Assembly (NCBI RefSeq): GCF_009914755.1 | Contig: NC_060929.1 | Reading direction: 5' to 3' (one strand) | DNA from: the human T2T-CHM13v2.0 reference genome, Homo sapiens | DNA: 64,000 nt | In this document: one piece after another, positions 1 through 13,670 of the stretch | Layout: each line of letters opens with the position of its first letter | Position numbering within the stretch: the stretch's first letter is position 1 | Program-made: the position numbers and the translations under genes | The notes under the pieces: generated by a model | What the model saw: the letters and a program-made list of their open reading frames with translations, nothing else | Database searches by the model: none | What the model was told of the DNA's origin: nothing

Positions 1-1778
1 TCAGGGCATGTTGAGTAAAGCTAATTTGCCAGTCCTGGGCAGGGACAAATCCTCGAGCTTGATGTGTAGGGAAGGGAGGGGGCCTGAATAATCCTTGAGG
101 AGTAGTAGAATAGCAGATAGAATAGCAGATGGAACACTGAGAAGTTATTTCCTTGAGGATAGATTTCTATGATGGAAAGGAAATGAAAGGTTCTAAGAGG
201 CAGGCTAGTGGCTTGTACTATAGCATAGCCTGCCTTTGCTGGTGTATGGTGATTAGGCCTGGTGGAACTGCCATCAGTAAATCAAGCGTGATCAGGGTGA
301 GAAGCAGGGAAGAAGGAAATGTGGGGAAATGGGATGAACATCAGGTGGATCAGACAGATGCAGTCATGAAGATCAGGTGTGGTATCTGGAATAATGTGGG
401 AGGCTGGATTGAAGTCCTGGCCATGAACAATGGTAATTGTGGGACTTAACAAAGAGTGAGTACAGCTGAAGGAGCCGGGGAGCAGAAAGTATATGCGTCA
501 GGTATGAGGAAGAAAATAGATTTTGGAAGTTATGAGAAATGTAGAGAGTGAGTTGAGCATAGTTTGTGATTTTGAGGGCCTCTAAAAGTATTAAAGCAGT
601 GGCAGCCGCTGCATGCAGACATGAGGGCTAGGCTAAAACAGTAAGGTCAAGTTGTTTGGACAGAAAGGCTGCAGGGTGCGGTGCTGGCTCTTGTGTAAGA
701 ATTCTGACCGCACTAACCATGCCTAGGAAGGAAAGGAGTTGTTGTTTTGTAAGGGATTGAGGTTTGGGAGATTAATCGGACACGATCAGCAGGGAGAGCA
801 TGTGTGTTTTTATGAGAATTATGCCGAGATAGGTAACAGATGAGGATGAAATTTGGGCTTGACTGAAGTAATGGGGGCTGTCTGTGAAGCCTTGCGGCAG
901 TACAGCCTTGGTAATTTGCTGAGCCTAATGGGTGTCAGGGTCAGTCTAAGTGAAAGCAAGGAGAGGCTGGGATGAAGGGTGCAAAGGAATAGTAAAGAAA
1001 GCATGTTTGAGATCTAGAACAGAATAATGGGTAGTAGAGGGAGGTATTGAGGATAGGAGAGTATATGGGTTTGGCACCACGGGGTGGATAGGCAAAACAA
1101 TTTGGTTGATAAGGCGCAGATTCTGAACTAACTTGTAAGTCTTGTCTGGTTTTAGGACAGGTAAAATGGGGGAATGGTAAGAAGCGTTTATAGGCTTTAA
1201 AAGGCCATGCTATAGCAGGCGAGTGATAACAGGCTTTAATCCTTTTAAAGTGTGCTGTGGGATGGGATCTTGACATTGAGCGGGGTAAGGGTGATTAGGT
1301 TTTAATGAGATGGTAAGGGGTGCATGATCGGTTGCCAAGGAGGGAGTAGAGGTATCTTATACTTCTGTGTTAAGGTGGGGGGATACAAGAGGAGGACGCA
1401 AAGTAGGCTTTGGATTGGGAAGAAGGGTGGCAATGAGATATAGCTGTAGTCCAGGAATAGTCAGGGAAGCAGATAATTTAGTTAAAGTGTCTCAGCCTAA
1501 TAAGGGAACTGGGCAAGTGGGGATAACTAAAAAGGAGTGCTTAAAAGAGTATTGTCTAAGTTGGCACCAGAGTTGGGGAGTTTTAAGAGGTTTAGAAGCC
1601 TGGCCGTCAATACCCACAACAGTTATGGAGGCAAGGGAAACAGGCCCTTAAAAAGAAGGTAATGTGGAATGGGTAGCCTCTGTATTAAGAAGGGGACGGG
1701 CTTACCTTCCACCGTGAGAGTTACCCAAATCTCAGCGTCTGTGATGGGTTAGGGGGCTTCCGAGGTGATCGGGCAGTG
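1..1778 (-). pseudogene. pol: HERV-H pro-pol remnant, disrupted, with the RT catalytic motif deleted
   Basis: Minus-strand translation near 820-1200 gives SPILPVLKPDK..., VLDLKHAFF and LPQGFTDSP, but LPQG...SQ runs straight into AQISSSSVTYLG with no YxDD; stops and frameshifts. Confidence 0.9.
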
Positions 1779-2930
1779 TCAGTCTTCAGCCGCTAAGCCG
1801 AGAAGATCTGGGAAGGAGTCAGTCAGAGAGCCTTGGGCCAGAGTTCCAGGGGCTCTGGGAGTGGCTGCCAGGTGAGATGAACAGTCCGATTTTCGGTGGG
1901 GTCCCACACAGATGGGACGTGGCTTAGGAGGAATACCGTGCTGTGGGCATTCCTTGGCCCAGTGGCAGATTTCCAGCATGTGTAGCAAGCTCCTGGGGGA
2001 GGAGGTTCTGGAGGAATGCCTGGCTGCTGCAGTTCAGGTGTTTGGAAGTTCTTGTGTGCTGGAGATGTGGCTGAGGTTTGTCTCACAGTGTAGGCAAGGA
2101 ATTGCAACTTTTTTCTGTTATTGCACACCTTGAAGGTGAGGTTAATTAAGTCCTGTTGTGGGGTTTGAGGGCCAGATTCCAATTTTTGGAGTTTTATTTA
2201 ATGTCGGGAGCAGATTGGGCAATAAAATGTATATTGAGAATAAGATGGCCTTTTGACCTTTTAGGGTCTAGGGCTGTAAAGCGTCTCAGGGTTGCTGCCA
2301 AACGAGTCATGAACTGGGCTGGATTTTTATATTTGATGAAAAAGAGCCTAGACGCTATCTGATTTGGGATAAAGAAAAAGGAGCATTAACCTTGACTATG
2401 CCTTTAGCTCCAGCCACCTTTTTAAGAATAAATTGCTGGGCAGGTGGGGAAGGGCTAGTCACTGAACGAAACTGTAAGCCAGACCAGGTGTGAGGAGGGG
2501 AGGCGATAAAAAGATTACAGGGTGGAGGAGCGGAGGCTGAGGAAGAATTGGGACCTAGCTTGGCCTGGCGAGGAGGGGAGAGGTCAGATGGGTCTGTAGA
2601 AAAGGAAGATTAGAAAGACTCAGCGATGCTTGGGGTTGGGACTGAGGGGACAGGTGGGAGGGAAAGAAGGAAGATTTGGGATGAGTTGCACTGGGCACAG
2701 AGACTAGGAAGGGACTGATGTGTAAAAGAATGCCTGGACATCAGGCACCTCAGACCATTTGCCCATTTTACGACAAGAATTATTTAGATCTTGCAGGATG
2801 GAAAAACTGAAAGTGCCATTTTCCAGCTATTTGGAACTACTGTCCAGTTTGTATTGGGGTCAAGCGGCATTGCAGAAGAAAAAAAGACGCTTAGATTTCA
2901 GGTCAGGTGAGAGCTGAAGAGGTCTGAAGT
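1779..2930 (-). pseudogene. gag: HERV-H gag remnant (frameshifted, degenerate zinc knuckles)
   Basis: ORFs 1823..2182 and 1779..1988 give PQTPQQDLINLTFKV, PPPPGACYTCWKS/GHWAKECPQ, PICVGPHRKSDC and DLLGLAAED*; start boundary approximate. Confidence 0.85.
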
Positions 2931-3144
2931 TCTTAAGAATACAGGCTAAGGGAGAAGAAGGAGGAATGGAAGGTGGAAGCTTGCCCATAGTGAAGGAGGC
3001 AAGCCCAGAGAAAAGAGTAGAGACACGGAGAAGGAGTGAGGGTTTGTTGCCTCCCAGAAAAGCAGAGAAAGGGTTGGGGCACAGAAATAAGGGATTGGGG
3101 CACAGAGATAAGAGGTCGGGGTGTGGGAATAACGGATTGGGGGT

Positions 3145-3626
3145 TCTTGCCCCCTAGAAAAGCGGGACTTGCTGCTAACGGTGAAGGAGAAGGAGTTGAG
3201 GGGTACTTGCCCCTCCCCCAGAAAAGCGGGACTTGCCGCAAAGGGTGAAGGAGAAGGGGTTGAGGGGTACTTGCCCCTCCCCAAGAAAAGCAGAGAAGGG
3301 GTAAAGACACGGAGAGAAGGTGTTGGGGTACTTGCCCCTCCCCCAGAAAAGCAGAGAAGGGGTAGAGACACAGAGAGAAAGGGTTGGGGTACTTGCCCCT
3401 CCCCCAGAAAAGCAGAGAAGGGATAGAGACACCAAGAGAAGGGGTTGGGGTACTTGCCCCTCCCCCAGAAAAGCGGGACTTGCCGCTAAGGGTGAAGGAG
3501 AAGGGGTTGAGGGGTACTTGCCCCTCCCCCAGAAAAGCAGAGAAGGGGTAGAGACATGGAGAGAAGGGGTTGGGGTACTTGCCCCTCCCCCAGAAAAGTG
3601 GGACTTGCCACTAAGGGTGAAGGACC
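3145..3626. repeat. Tandem array of eight ~61-64 bp units of two types in the HERV-H leader
   Basis: Each unit starts cttgcccctcccccagaaaag and continues either cgggacttgccgctaagggtgaagg (A) or cagagaaggggtagagacac (B); + strand order A A B B B A B A. Confidence 0.92.
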
Positions 3627-4038
3627 AAGGCAGGCGTCCCTGCGTGGTCTGACACCTTTGAAACGTGGATGAATAATCAGAAAGGCGTCCCTGCAATGAT
3701 TAAACACCAAGGGAAGGCTGCCTTCCCAGTCCATGACTGGCGCCAGAGTTTTGGGTCCACGGATAAAACATGTCTCCTTTATCTCTACCAGAAAATGAAA
3801 GGAATTGAAATTAAGAGAAGGGAGAGATTGAAGTGTGGCGCCAAGATTGAAAGGAGAAAGAAGTTGAGGGATAGTGAGGGAAGTTGGAGAAGAGAGTAAA
3901 AAGAGGCCGCTTACCAGATTTGAAATTGGTGAGATGTTTCTTGGGCTGGTCAGTCTGAGGACCTGAGGTCATAGGTGGATCTTTCTCATGGAGCAAAGAG
4001 CAGGAGGAGGGGACTGATCTCCCAAGGGAGGTCCCCTG

Positions 4039-4056
4039 ATCCAAGTCACGGCACCA
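4039..4056 (-). promoter_or_regulatory. Primer binding site, tRNA-His
   Basis: Minus strand TGGTGCCGTGACTTGGAT, one mismatch to TGGTGCCGTGACTCGGAT, 2 nt inside the LTR end. Confidence 0.95.
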
Positions 4057-4058
4057 AA

Positions 4059-4492
4059 TTTCATGCGCGTCCATGTGAAGAGACCACCAAACAGGCTTTG
4101 TGTGAGCAATAAAGCTGTTTATTTCACCTGGGTGCAGGTGGGCTGAGTCTGAAAAGAGAGTCAGCCAAGGGAGATAGGGGTGGGGCCATTTTATAGGATT
4201 TGGGAAGGTAATGGAAAATTACAGTCAAAGGGGGTTGTTCTCTGGTGGGCAGGGGCGGGGGTCACAAGGTGCTCAGTGGGGGAGCTTCTGAGCCAGGAGA
4301 AGGAAATTCACAGGGTTAATCACTCAGTTAAGGTGGGGCAGGAACAAATCACAATGGTGGAATGTCATCAATTAAGGCAGGGCAGGGCCTTTTCACTTCT
4401 TTTGTGATTCTTCAGTTACTTCAGGCCATCTGGGCGTATACATGCAAGTCACAGGGGATGCGATGGCTTGGCTTGGGCTCAGAGCCCTGACA
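4059..4492 (-). mobile_element. LTR7 (HERV-H 5' LTR; promoter points leftward)
   Basis: Minus strand begins tgtcagggctctgagcccaagcc, has TATAAAA and AATAAA, ends gcgcatgaaa. Confidence 0.96.
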
Positions 4493-4499
4493 GTTACCA

Positions 4500-6480
<1,981 letters not shown>

Positions 6481-6729
6481 GTATCTGAGATATCATGAAG
6501 TTTAAGAACTGACAAAAGATAGATGAGAAAAATCTCTTTACTTTTATGTATCAGTTTTAGGTATGTTTCAGAAACTACACACTCATTAGCTTTACTTTAA
6601 TTCATAAGCAAACAATTTAGTATATGGTATTAAACTGATATTAATGTAGATAGAATGGTAATCACTAGGATTATTTCACTAGGAATAAATAAGGAGAAGC
6701 AACTCATTTAGCCATTGCACTAGTGTTAC

Positions 6730-7535
6730 TGAAATGGGAGAGTTCCCTAAACCCCTTGTGGGACTTTTAACAGGGGTGTGGCTTGCTTGCTGGGCTGTAA
6801 CATGTTCAAACCCCTTACAGGAGAGGGACATGCAGATGGGCAGATGCAGGAGCTGGGGTGAGCGTTTGAGCTCTGGCCCCACAATAGCATCTAGGAGTGT
6901 GTTACTATTAATGCTTTTTTAGCTGACAGCTAAGTGTTAAACCAGATCAGTGGATGGCTAATTTTTAAACCAGTTCACTGGACAGCTAAGTGTTAAACCA
7001 GCTCAGTGGAGAGCCAAGGTGACAGCCTTTAACACCCTGCCCTCTTGGTACCCGGGTCCTTGTCCAGCATCCAGGAAGAATCAGGTCACTTGGACTTGAA
7101 GGTTGGTGAATAAGGGGATTTTATTGAGTGATGGAGGTGACTTTCAGCAGGATGGATGGGGAGCTGGAAAGGGAATGGAGTGGGAAGATGATCTTTACCT
7201 GAAGTACGGTCATCCAACAGCCAATCTTCTCTATTTCTGTCCCCAGCCAAACTCCTTGTTCAGATGCTCCTTCTTTTCTCTCCTTCTCAGCCATGCCACT
7301 CTGCTGCTCTGCCACTCTTCTGCTCTTTGTTCCTCTGTTTTTGGAGCTTGGGATTTACATGGGCCCAAGATAGGGGCGTGGAGGGCCATAGTGTTCTTGG
7401 AAAAGACAACATTTGGGTGCGAAAACAGAAATGCCTGTTCTCATTTAGGGCTGTGGGTTTCCAGACTTGAGAGTGGGCCTTTGCCAGGTAACCACCCTCT
7501 TCTACCCAGTATTTCCCTGCCTCTTGTCTGTATCA
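6730..7535 (-). mobile_element. Solo ERV1 LTR of the MER52/LTR27/LTR28 group
   Basis: Minus strand starts tgatacagacaagaggcagggaaatactgggtagaagaggg and ends gggaactctcccatttca; 4-bp flanks ttac/ttat. Confidence 0.85.
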
Positions 7536-7548
7536 TTATTAGATCAGA

Positions 7549-7550
<2 letters not shown>

Positions 7551-7584
<34 letters not shown>

Positions 7585-7585
7585 T
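7551..7585. repeat. (TG)n microsatellite
   Basis: About 15 uninterrupted TG units. Confidence 0.97.
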
Positions 7586-8114
7586 ATGTTCTGTATTTGT
7601 ATCAAGGTTTGAGAAATAATTTCATGTTTTGGTTGAGGGTATGATGAAACAGTATGAGAGAGATGGTGATTTATGCTAAGTTATCCAACTGAAAATGAAA
7701 ACAACCTAAGGGAGAAGTTGTTCATTTTTAAATGTTTAGTTTTAAACCATCAGAACTCAGCCATTTTGTACAGGCAAGTTAAATGGTCTCCTGGATTTAG
7801 GGTAATTTTGAGAGGTTCAGGTTTTGTCAGTGTAGAGACAATCTCCTTTTTTATCAACAGATTTTTTTCTCATTAGAATCTTATGTCTTTTGGGCAAGTT
7901 GAAAACGCAATGAGAAATTTAACTGTATCCTTTTGTACATAAAATATATCTTTATATGTAAAATATTCATAATTCTTCTGCAAATATCTTTGGTTAAGTG
8001 CTTCAGTGGTAATAGAATACAGGATAGAGGACATCTTAAATTGAAGAATTATTCACAGTGGCCATTTTCTAAGCAGGTACTCGGTTAAACAACTCTTGTA
8101 CATTTTAGAACTAT

Positions 8115-8456
8115 TCACAAACACACACACACACAACTGATCTAATAATAATACAGACAAGAGGCAGGAAAATACAGGGTAGAAGAGGGTGGTTCCCTGG
8201 CAAAGGCCCACCCTCAAGCCTGGAAAATCCCAGCCCTAACTGGGAAGAGGCATTCCTGTTTTGCGCCCAACTGTTGTCTTTTCCAAGACCACCTTGGCCC
8301 TCCACAACTCTATCTTGTACCCATATAAACCCCAAGCTCCATAAAGAGAGGAACAGAAGAGCAGAAGAGTGGCAGAGAAGTAGAGTGGCATGGCTGAGAT
8401 GGAGAGAAAAGAAGGAGCAACTGAATGAGAGGAGTTTGGGGACATAAAGGAGATTG
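8115..8456 (+). repeat. Inverted copy of ~7221-7586 (LTR 5' third plus flank and (CA)n)
   Basis: caaacacacac...ctgatctaataataatacagacaagaggcagg... is the reverse complement of the left arm, including non-LTR flank. Confidence 0.92.
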
Positions 8457-9043
8457 TCAGCAACTTAAAATTAATTATGTATAATTTAAGACTCATTATT
8501 CACCTTTTTTACTTCTAGTTTCATTTCTTCTGTTATAGTCTTCACTCTGAATTATTTAAAGTTTGAATACACTGCTTTTTTCCAATTATATTTAATCAAG
8601 ACTGTGGGTGACTGTCTAAATCTGCTGGCTGTGGTAGATGAACAATACTTTGACTGATATACTATTGATTGCAGTTCTACTTGTGATTGATTTTCCCATT
8701 TAAAACTATCTTTGACTAATTGAACCTCAACTTTTTTCTCAAAAATAAACAAGTTATAGTATTTAAATACCTGAAGCGCACTGAAGAATTGGATGTCTTT
8801 CTAATTCTTTGTTGGCATATGCTAAGACTATCTTCTTCCATATTTTAGCATGCAATATTAAAAAAATTGGAAAGCAACACAGTGTGTCAGTCTCAAACTC
8901 TCTATGTCACATAGTACAAATGTTAAATTTTAATGTATTTTTTTCAAGAAAATAAATTGAACACCCAATAGGTACCAGAATTCATGCTATACCTGTGTTC
9001 ACTTTCCTCTTGGACTGTGAAAGTCACATAAGCAGACATGTAA

Positions 9044-9508
9044 TGTGTTGTGCTTAATAAGGACCATTATCATTCCGCATCCTCATCTACTTCTGTCTTC
9101 TCCTAGACATCAGCTAGCATACAAGGCTAAATATTGTATTTCCCAAATTATTTTGTATGTTCTGGTTGTCACTTAGTTTCTGCCAGTGAGATTTATTCTT
9201 TTAGAGCTGGAAGTGTAAGCTGACAAGCAAAGTCAGATATGACCATTGACAGTCGCTAGTTTCCATTTCCAGAGTCTAGTCACCAGCTCCATGACTGTGT
9301 GGTGGTTGTGATGGTTGTAGTAATAATGATGAAAGCAGCAGCAATTTTCTCATGCTAGTTTGCAAGAGCATTGACATTAAATCTAAATGTCATTTATTTC
9401 TCCAGCATGTCCAGTGATTTTGTAAGACTTAATTATTCTTACTAAATTATCTCTTGTTGAAACACCTGAAGTAATTTCTGTTTCTTGAGCTGAATGCTAA
9501 TTGACATA
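9044..9508 (+). mobile_element. Old ERVL-type LTR (LTR33-like)
   Basis: Motifs aaatattgtatttcccaaa and terminal aaacacctgaagtaatttctgtttcttgagctgaatgctaattgacata. Confidence 0.55.
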
Positions 9509-9579
9509 GATTGTATATATGATACAAATAATGCTTGCGCTGGTATGTGTGTATATGTATATGGGCCTGTGTATGTGTA

Positions 9580-9770
9580 CAGAGTCAGAAAAACCTAGAA
9601 TTACCTTCTTGATTTACTACACACTTCCCGTTTGAACTTGTTGAACCTCAATTTCCTTAACTTACAATCTTTAGAAAATGCTTATTATGCCATATTATTA
9701 TAAGGATAAAATTGTGGAATATATATAAAATATCTCCAACAAGTAACAGCAGTAAATAAATTGTGACCAG
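9580..9770 (+). mobile_element. MIR fragment
   Basis: agagtcagaaaaacctag...gaacctcaatttccttaacttacaa...aaggataaaatt core-like motifs. Confidence 0.5.
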
Positions 9771-10830
9771 CAGAAGGGGAGTAGTTATTATAATGACATG
9801 AGAATTAAAATTATGCCTTATTTTGATATCTTGGTTTCTATAAAAATTAATTATTTTTGTTTGTTCTACATATTTTACTCAATCTTCTAACATTTAGGAG
9901 ATGCAGTAAATAACAATAAAAATACAAAACAGATGTGTGATTTTCGTGAGTTCCAAGATATCATTATGACAGGTAATAAATAAACTAAACATGCAAGCAG
10001 AAAAATGTACTTTAGTAAGTAAACAGAGTTTTGTAAATGTGTCCACAAATGGCTTGTGTTGCTAGAAAGTAAAATCACATTCATCTTGGATATAACAATT
10101 GAAATGAATATGCACTGAATTTCATAGAAATCAGAGTAGTTTTAGAAAAATAATTTCATTTTAGTTAGAAACTAATCAAGGCATAGGTGCTATTCTGACT
10201 AAATTAAATTTGTTTAAATATTCAGTTTATATGTAAATGTGTTGTTTGATAAATGTCAAGATTTTTCTTAATTTTAACAAATCTTTTCATTAGAAACAAT
10301 ATTTTTCTCGATTTATATAATCTACATTTTCCTTTACTTTCTCTGATGAGTTTGAAAGAACACCTGCATGACTAAATTCCTTTGAATTGATTTTAATACA
10401 AATATAATTTATAGAAAGCTTTACTTGTTCTTTTAATCATTTTGTCTTTCTTTGACAAACCAAATAAATGAAAATAAGATGACAACTTAAAAATTAATTC
10501 AACATCATTTAAAGTAAATATGAATATACTTACCTATAATGCAAAGATATTTTTGTATGGTGATTTTTGAACAAAGCAATTTGAAAACATTGAGTTCTTA
10601 AGTGATGAATAAAATTTACAAGTATACCAGGAAGAAAATATAATAAAGTGGGTACAATTTTAATAAAAACAAGTTTAATTTAAACTTATTTCCCTAATAC
10701 TTTTAATATTGGAATTTTTGACAATGTATTCAAATTATGGCAGGATTTAGAGAATGTAGGCTCTTCTGTCATCTACTTTATCAAATACTAGTTTCTCAAA
10801 AATGTATCATTCATTTACTGTGATTATATT

Positions 10831-11143
10831 GCTTTTCTTCTTTCTTTCTTTCTTTCGTTCTTTTTTTGTTTGATTTTTGAGACAGTCTTGGACTGGAATG
10901 CAGTGGCATGATCTTGGCTCAAAGGAACCTCTCCCGGTTCAAGCGATTCTTGTGCCTCAGCCTCCAGAGTAGCTGGGATTACAGGCGCCCGCCATTATGC
11001 CCAGCTAATTTTTTGTTATTTTTAGTAGGTACAGGTTTTTGCCATGTTGGCCAGGCTGATGTCGAAATCCTGGGCTCAATTGATCCACCTGTCTGGGCCT
11101 CCCAAAGTGTTGCGATTACAGGCATGAACCACTGCACCCAACC
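10831..11143 (-). mobile_element. Alu, AluJ-like, with small internal deletions
   Basis: (tttc)n tail; gattcttgtgcctcagcctcc and tcctgggctcaattgatcc; TSD actgtgatt(a/g)tatt at 10817-10830 and 11144-11157. Confidence 0.9.
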
Positions 11144-12629
11144 ACTGTGATTGTATTTTTAGTGCCTTTCTTTATCCCTTTCATTCTATTCCTCAAAGAA
11201 AGCGAGGGAGAAAAAAATGTATGCTATTTTTCCAAAGAGATTATTGTGAAAAGTTAAACAGAAACTTCTTTAGAGTAGGAAGATTGATTCCTCAAAATTT
11301 ATTTCATGAGGTGGTGGGAGTAGCTCCCCTGAACTGCTGCCTCCAAAGTTGTGACCCACATAACATGTCTAGAGTGGTCTGTACACCCATGGCTTATGGT
11401 GACCAGGTTTTCATCTGGGGGTTTCTAGGAAGATGAGGAATAACTAAGGAAAAATAAAGATGAAGAAGACAAATATTACCAATGATCAAAAAGAACAACA
11501 TACACTGAGCTGATCAAATTTTATTAACACATAGGGCTTAATAAACATCTCAATGTATATTTTAACTCACACTTCCAGAAATTTATTTTTGTGGTTTTTG
11601 TTTTGTTATTTTACAGGCAAACAAAGTGAAATTTTATTTTGTATATTGTATTTCTGTTATAATTAATTTTGGTCAAGAAAAGAGAGAGGCAGTGATAGAA
11701 ATGAGAGAGAGAGAATATAAACAGAGAAGGTGGATAAGAAAATCTTTATGTAAATAAATGCATTATGAGAAAAATGTATAGGTACCATATATCTCAGATT
11801 ATGAAAAAACTAGTGTCTTGTTTATCATAGTAAAGAGACAACTTGTACCAAAGGTAAGCAATACATTTCAAGACATTTATAGCTAGTTTTGTTAAACTTT
11901 GTAGTATGTATAATTTTCTCTTTATTATTTTATAGAAAATCTTGTTCTTTTGATGAAAATGTTAAAATTAGAAATATTACAGAGCTCAGGAGTTGAGTAT
12001 CCTCTGAATTTTAGTATTATTATATTCATTTAAAACTCAATCCAACATTTTATAACACTGTGTTGCATTATTGGACACAAATTCATGTTAATTTGAGCTA
12101 ACATCTGCATTTATTCACTGCGTTTCCATTCTCTGAATAGGGCTATCATTTGGGTCATAGCTTAGTCTGAGTTACTTTCCAGTAGTTTCATATGTAAACT
12201 CATTTCAGATATACATAGTCACAATTAGAAATGTAAAAATGGGCTCGCATTTTTATCAAAATGCCATAAGCTTATAGGTACAGATATTTTAGCTCATGCC
12301 CTTGTAAAGTTTTCAAGAAATAACATATATATTGCCTGATTGCTCTTTTGTTTCAACAGTGATTTTTATTTTGGGTAAATAATGTAAGCATATATACAAA
12401 AACCTATACAATGGAGAAAAGATAAGAAAAACATGATTCAAAATCTAAATGTAAACACAAATATGTATGTGTGTATATCACAGGATAGAAATTATTTTAT
12501 AAACCTGAGACCATGACATCAATTCAGTTTTTAGTTAAACTGATTTCATTTATCTTTTTTGAGGTTGATAGAAAAAAGAAAGTAACTGATTCGTTTAAGT
12601 GAATAATGAGTAATTAAGCCATAAATAGA

Positions 12630-13105
12630 CACTAGGGAAATATAAATGCATATTGCTAAATCAAAGAAATCAATCTGAAAAGGCTGCCAACTCTATGTTT
12701 CCAACTATCTGATATGCCAGGAAAAGAAAAATAATGAAGACAGAAAAAAAAACATTACTTGTCAGATGTTAGGACAAAGGCAGAAAAGGATGAACAGGTA
12801 AAGGACAACAGACACAGAGTTTTTAGAGCAGTGAATCTTTTATTCTTTATGATATTGTAAAGGCGTATATATGTCATTATATTTTTGTGAAACATAGTTT
12901 GAACAGCACAAGTTTGTATAACACAAAGAGTGAACCCTAATGTAAAATACAGACTTCAGTTAATAATGATAGGTCAATATTGGCTCCTCAGTTAAAACAA
13001 ATGTACCACATTAATATAAAATCGGGGTATATGAAAACTCTTATACTTGCCATTAATTTTGTTTTTCGTAAAGCCCCAACTACTCAAAGTCTGTTAATTA
13101 AAAAC
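12630..13105 (+). mobile_element. L1MC-type 3' UTR fragment
   Basis: aatcaatctgaaaaggct...acacaaagagtgaaccctaatgtaaa...acaaatgtaccaca. Confidence 0.75.
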
Positions 13106-13475
13106 TACTGAAGCAACAATAAACTTCAGGTAAATGTGTGCTCACAACAAGATTGATTATTAGATGGCTATCATTTTAAAGGTTTTGCAAAATTCATGGG
13201 CTGTCAAGGAGAAAAAAAGTTGCTTTTTTTCCTTCTCAAATGTCTTGAATAGAAAAAAATATATAGAGTTTTAATAGAAAACAAATAGACATGCCAAAAA
13301 TTCATTGCATTTCCTGGATCAATAGCATCATATTACTTTGGGAAGGACAAAAAATAAAACATTAAATGAAAAAATTATCTTAATTATTATTTGTCCTAAA
13401 GATGTAATTAATAGTATGGAAATATCCTAAAGGGATGTATCAGTCAGCTTTCAATTACAAAAACTGACTGATACA

Positions 13476-13587
13476 TTCCTTGAGCCCAGGAGATTGATAC
13501 AGAAATAAGCCATGGTTATGCCACTGCACCTGGGCAATAAAGCAGACCCCATCTCTTAAAAAAAAAAAAAAAGAAAAGAAAAGAAAA
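13476..13587 (+). mobile_element. Alu/FLAM 3' fragment with A-rich tail
   Basis: cttgagcccaggag...gccactgcacctgggcaataaagcagaccccatctc followed by poly-A. Confidence 0.8.
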
Positions 13588-13670
13588 CACAAACCCCTCT
13601 AGGTATTTTAATCAGAGGGTATTTAATACAAAAATTTGATTACATAGGTGACTGAATAGATCACTTATTT

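Larger units (their letters stand above)
1..4058 (-). mobile_element. HERV-H internal region (leader, gag, pro, deleted pol); continues off the left edge
   Basis: tRNA-His PBS next to an LTR7; gag C-terminus ...DSFPDLLGLAAED*; RT remnant LPQGFTDSPHYFSQAQISSSSVTYLG on the minus strand; characteristic leader repeats. Confidence 0.96.

Noticed and set aside
3145-3626. Repeat/spacer-like periodicity resembling a CRISPR array
   Set aside because: The 'spacers' are only two recurring sequences, the context is a primate ERV, and there are no cas genes
2933-3734. Several overlapping 110-173 aa ORFs with repetitive peptides
   Set aside because: Products of the stop-poor HERV-H leader tandem array, open in many frames on both strands
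7103-7612. 169-aa ORF
   Set aside because: Antisense to an LTR, non-ATG start, and runs into (TG)n (CVCVCV); no domain recognisable
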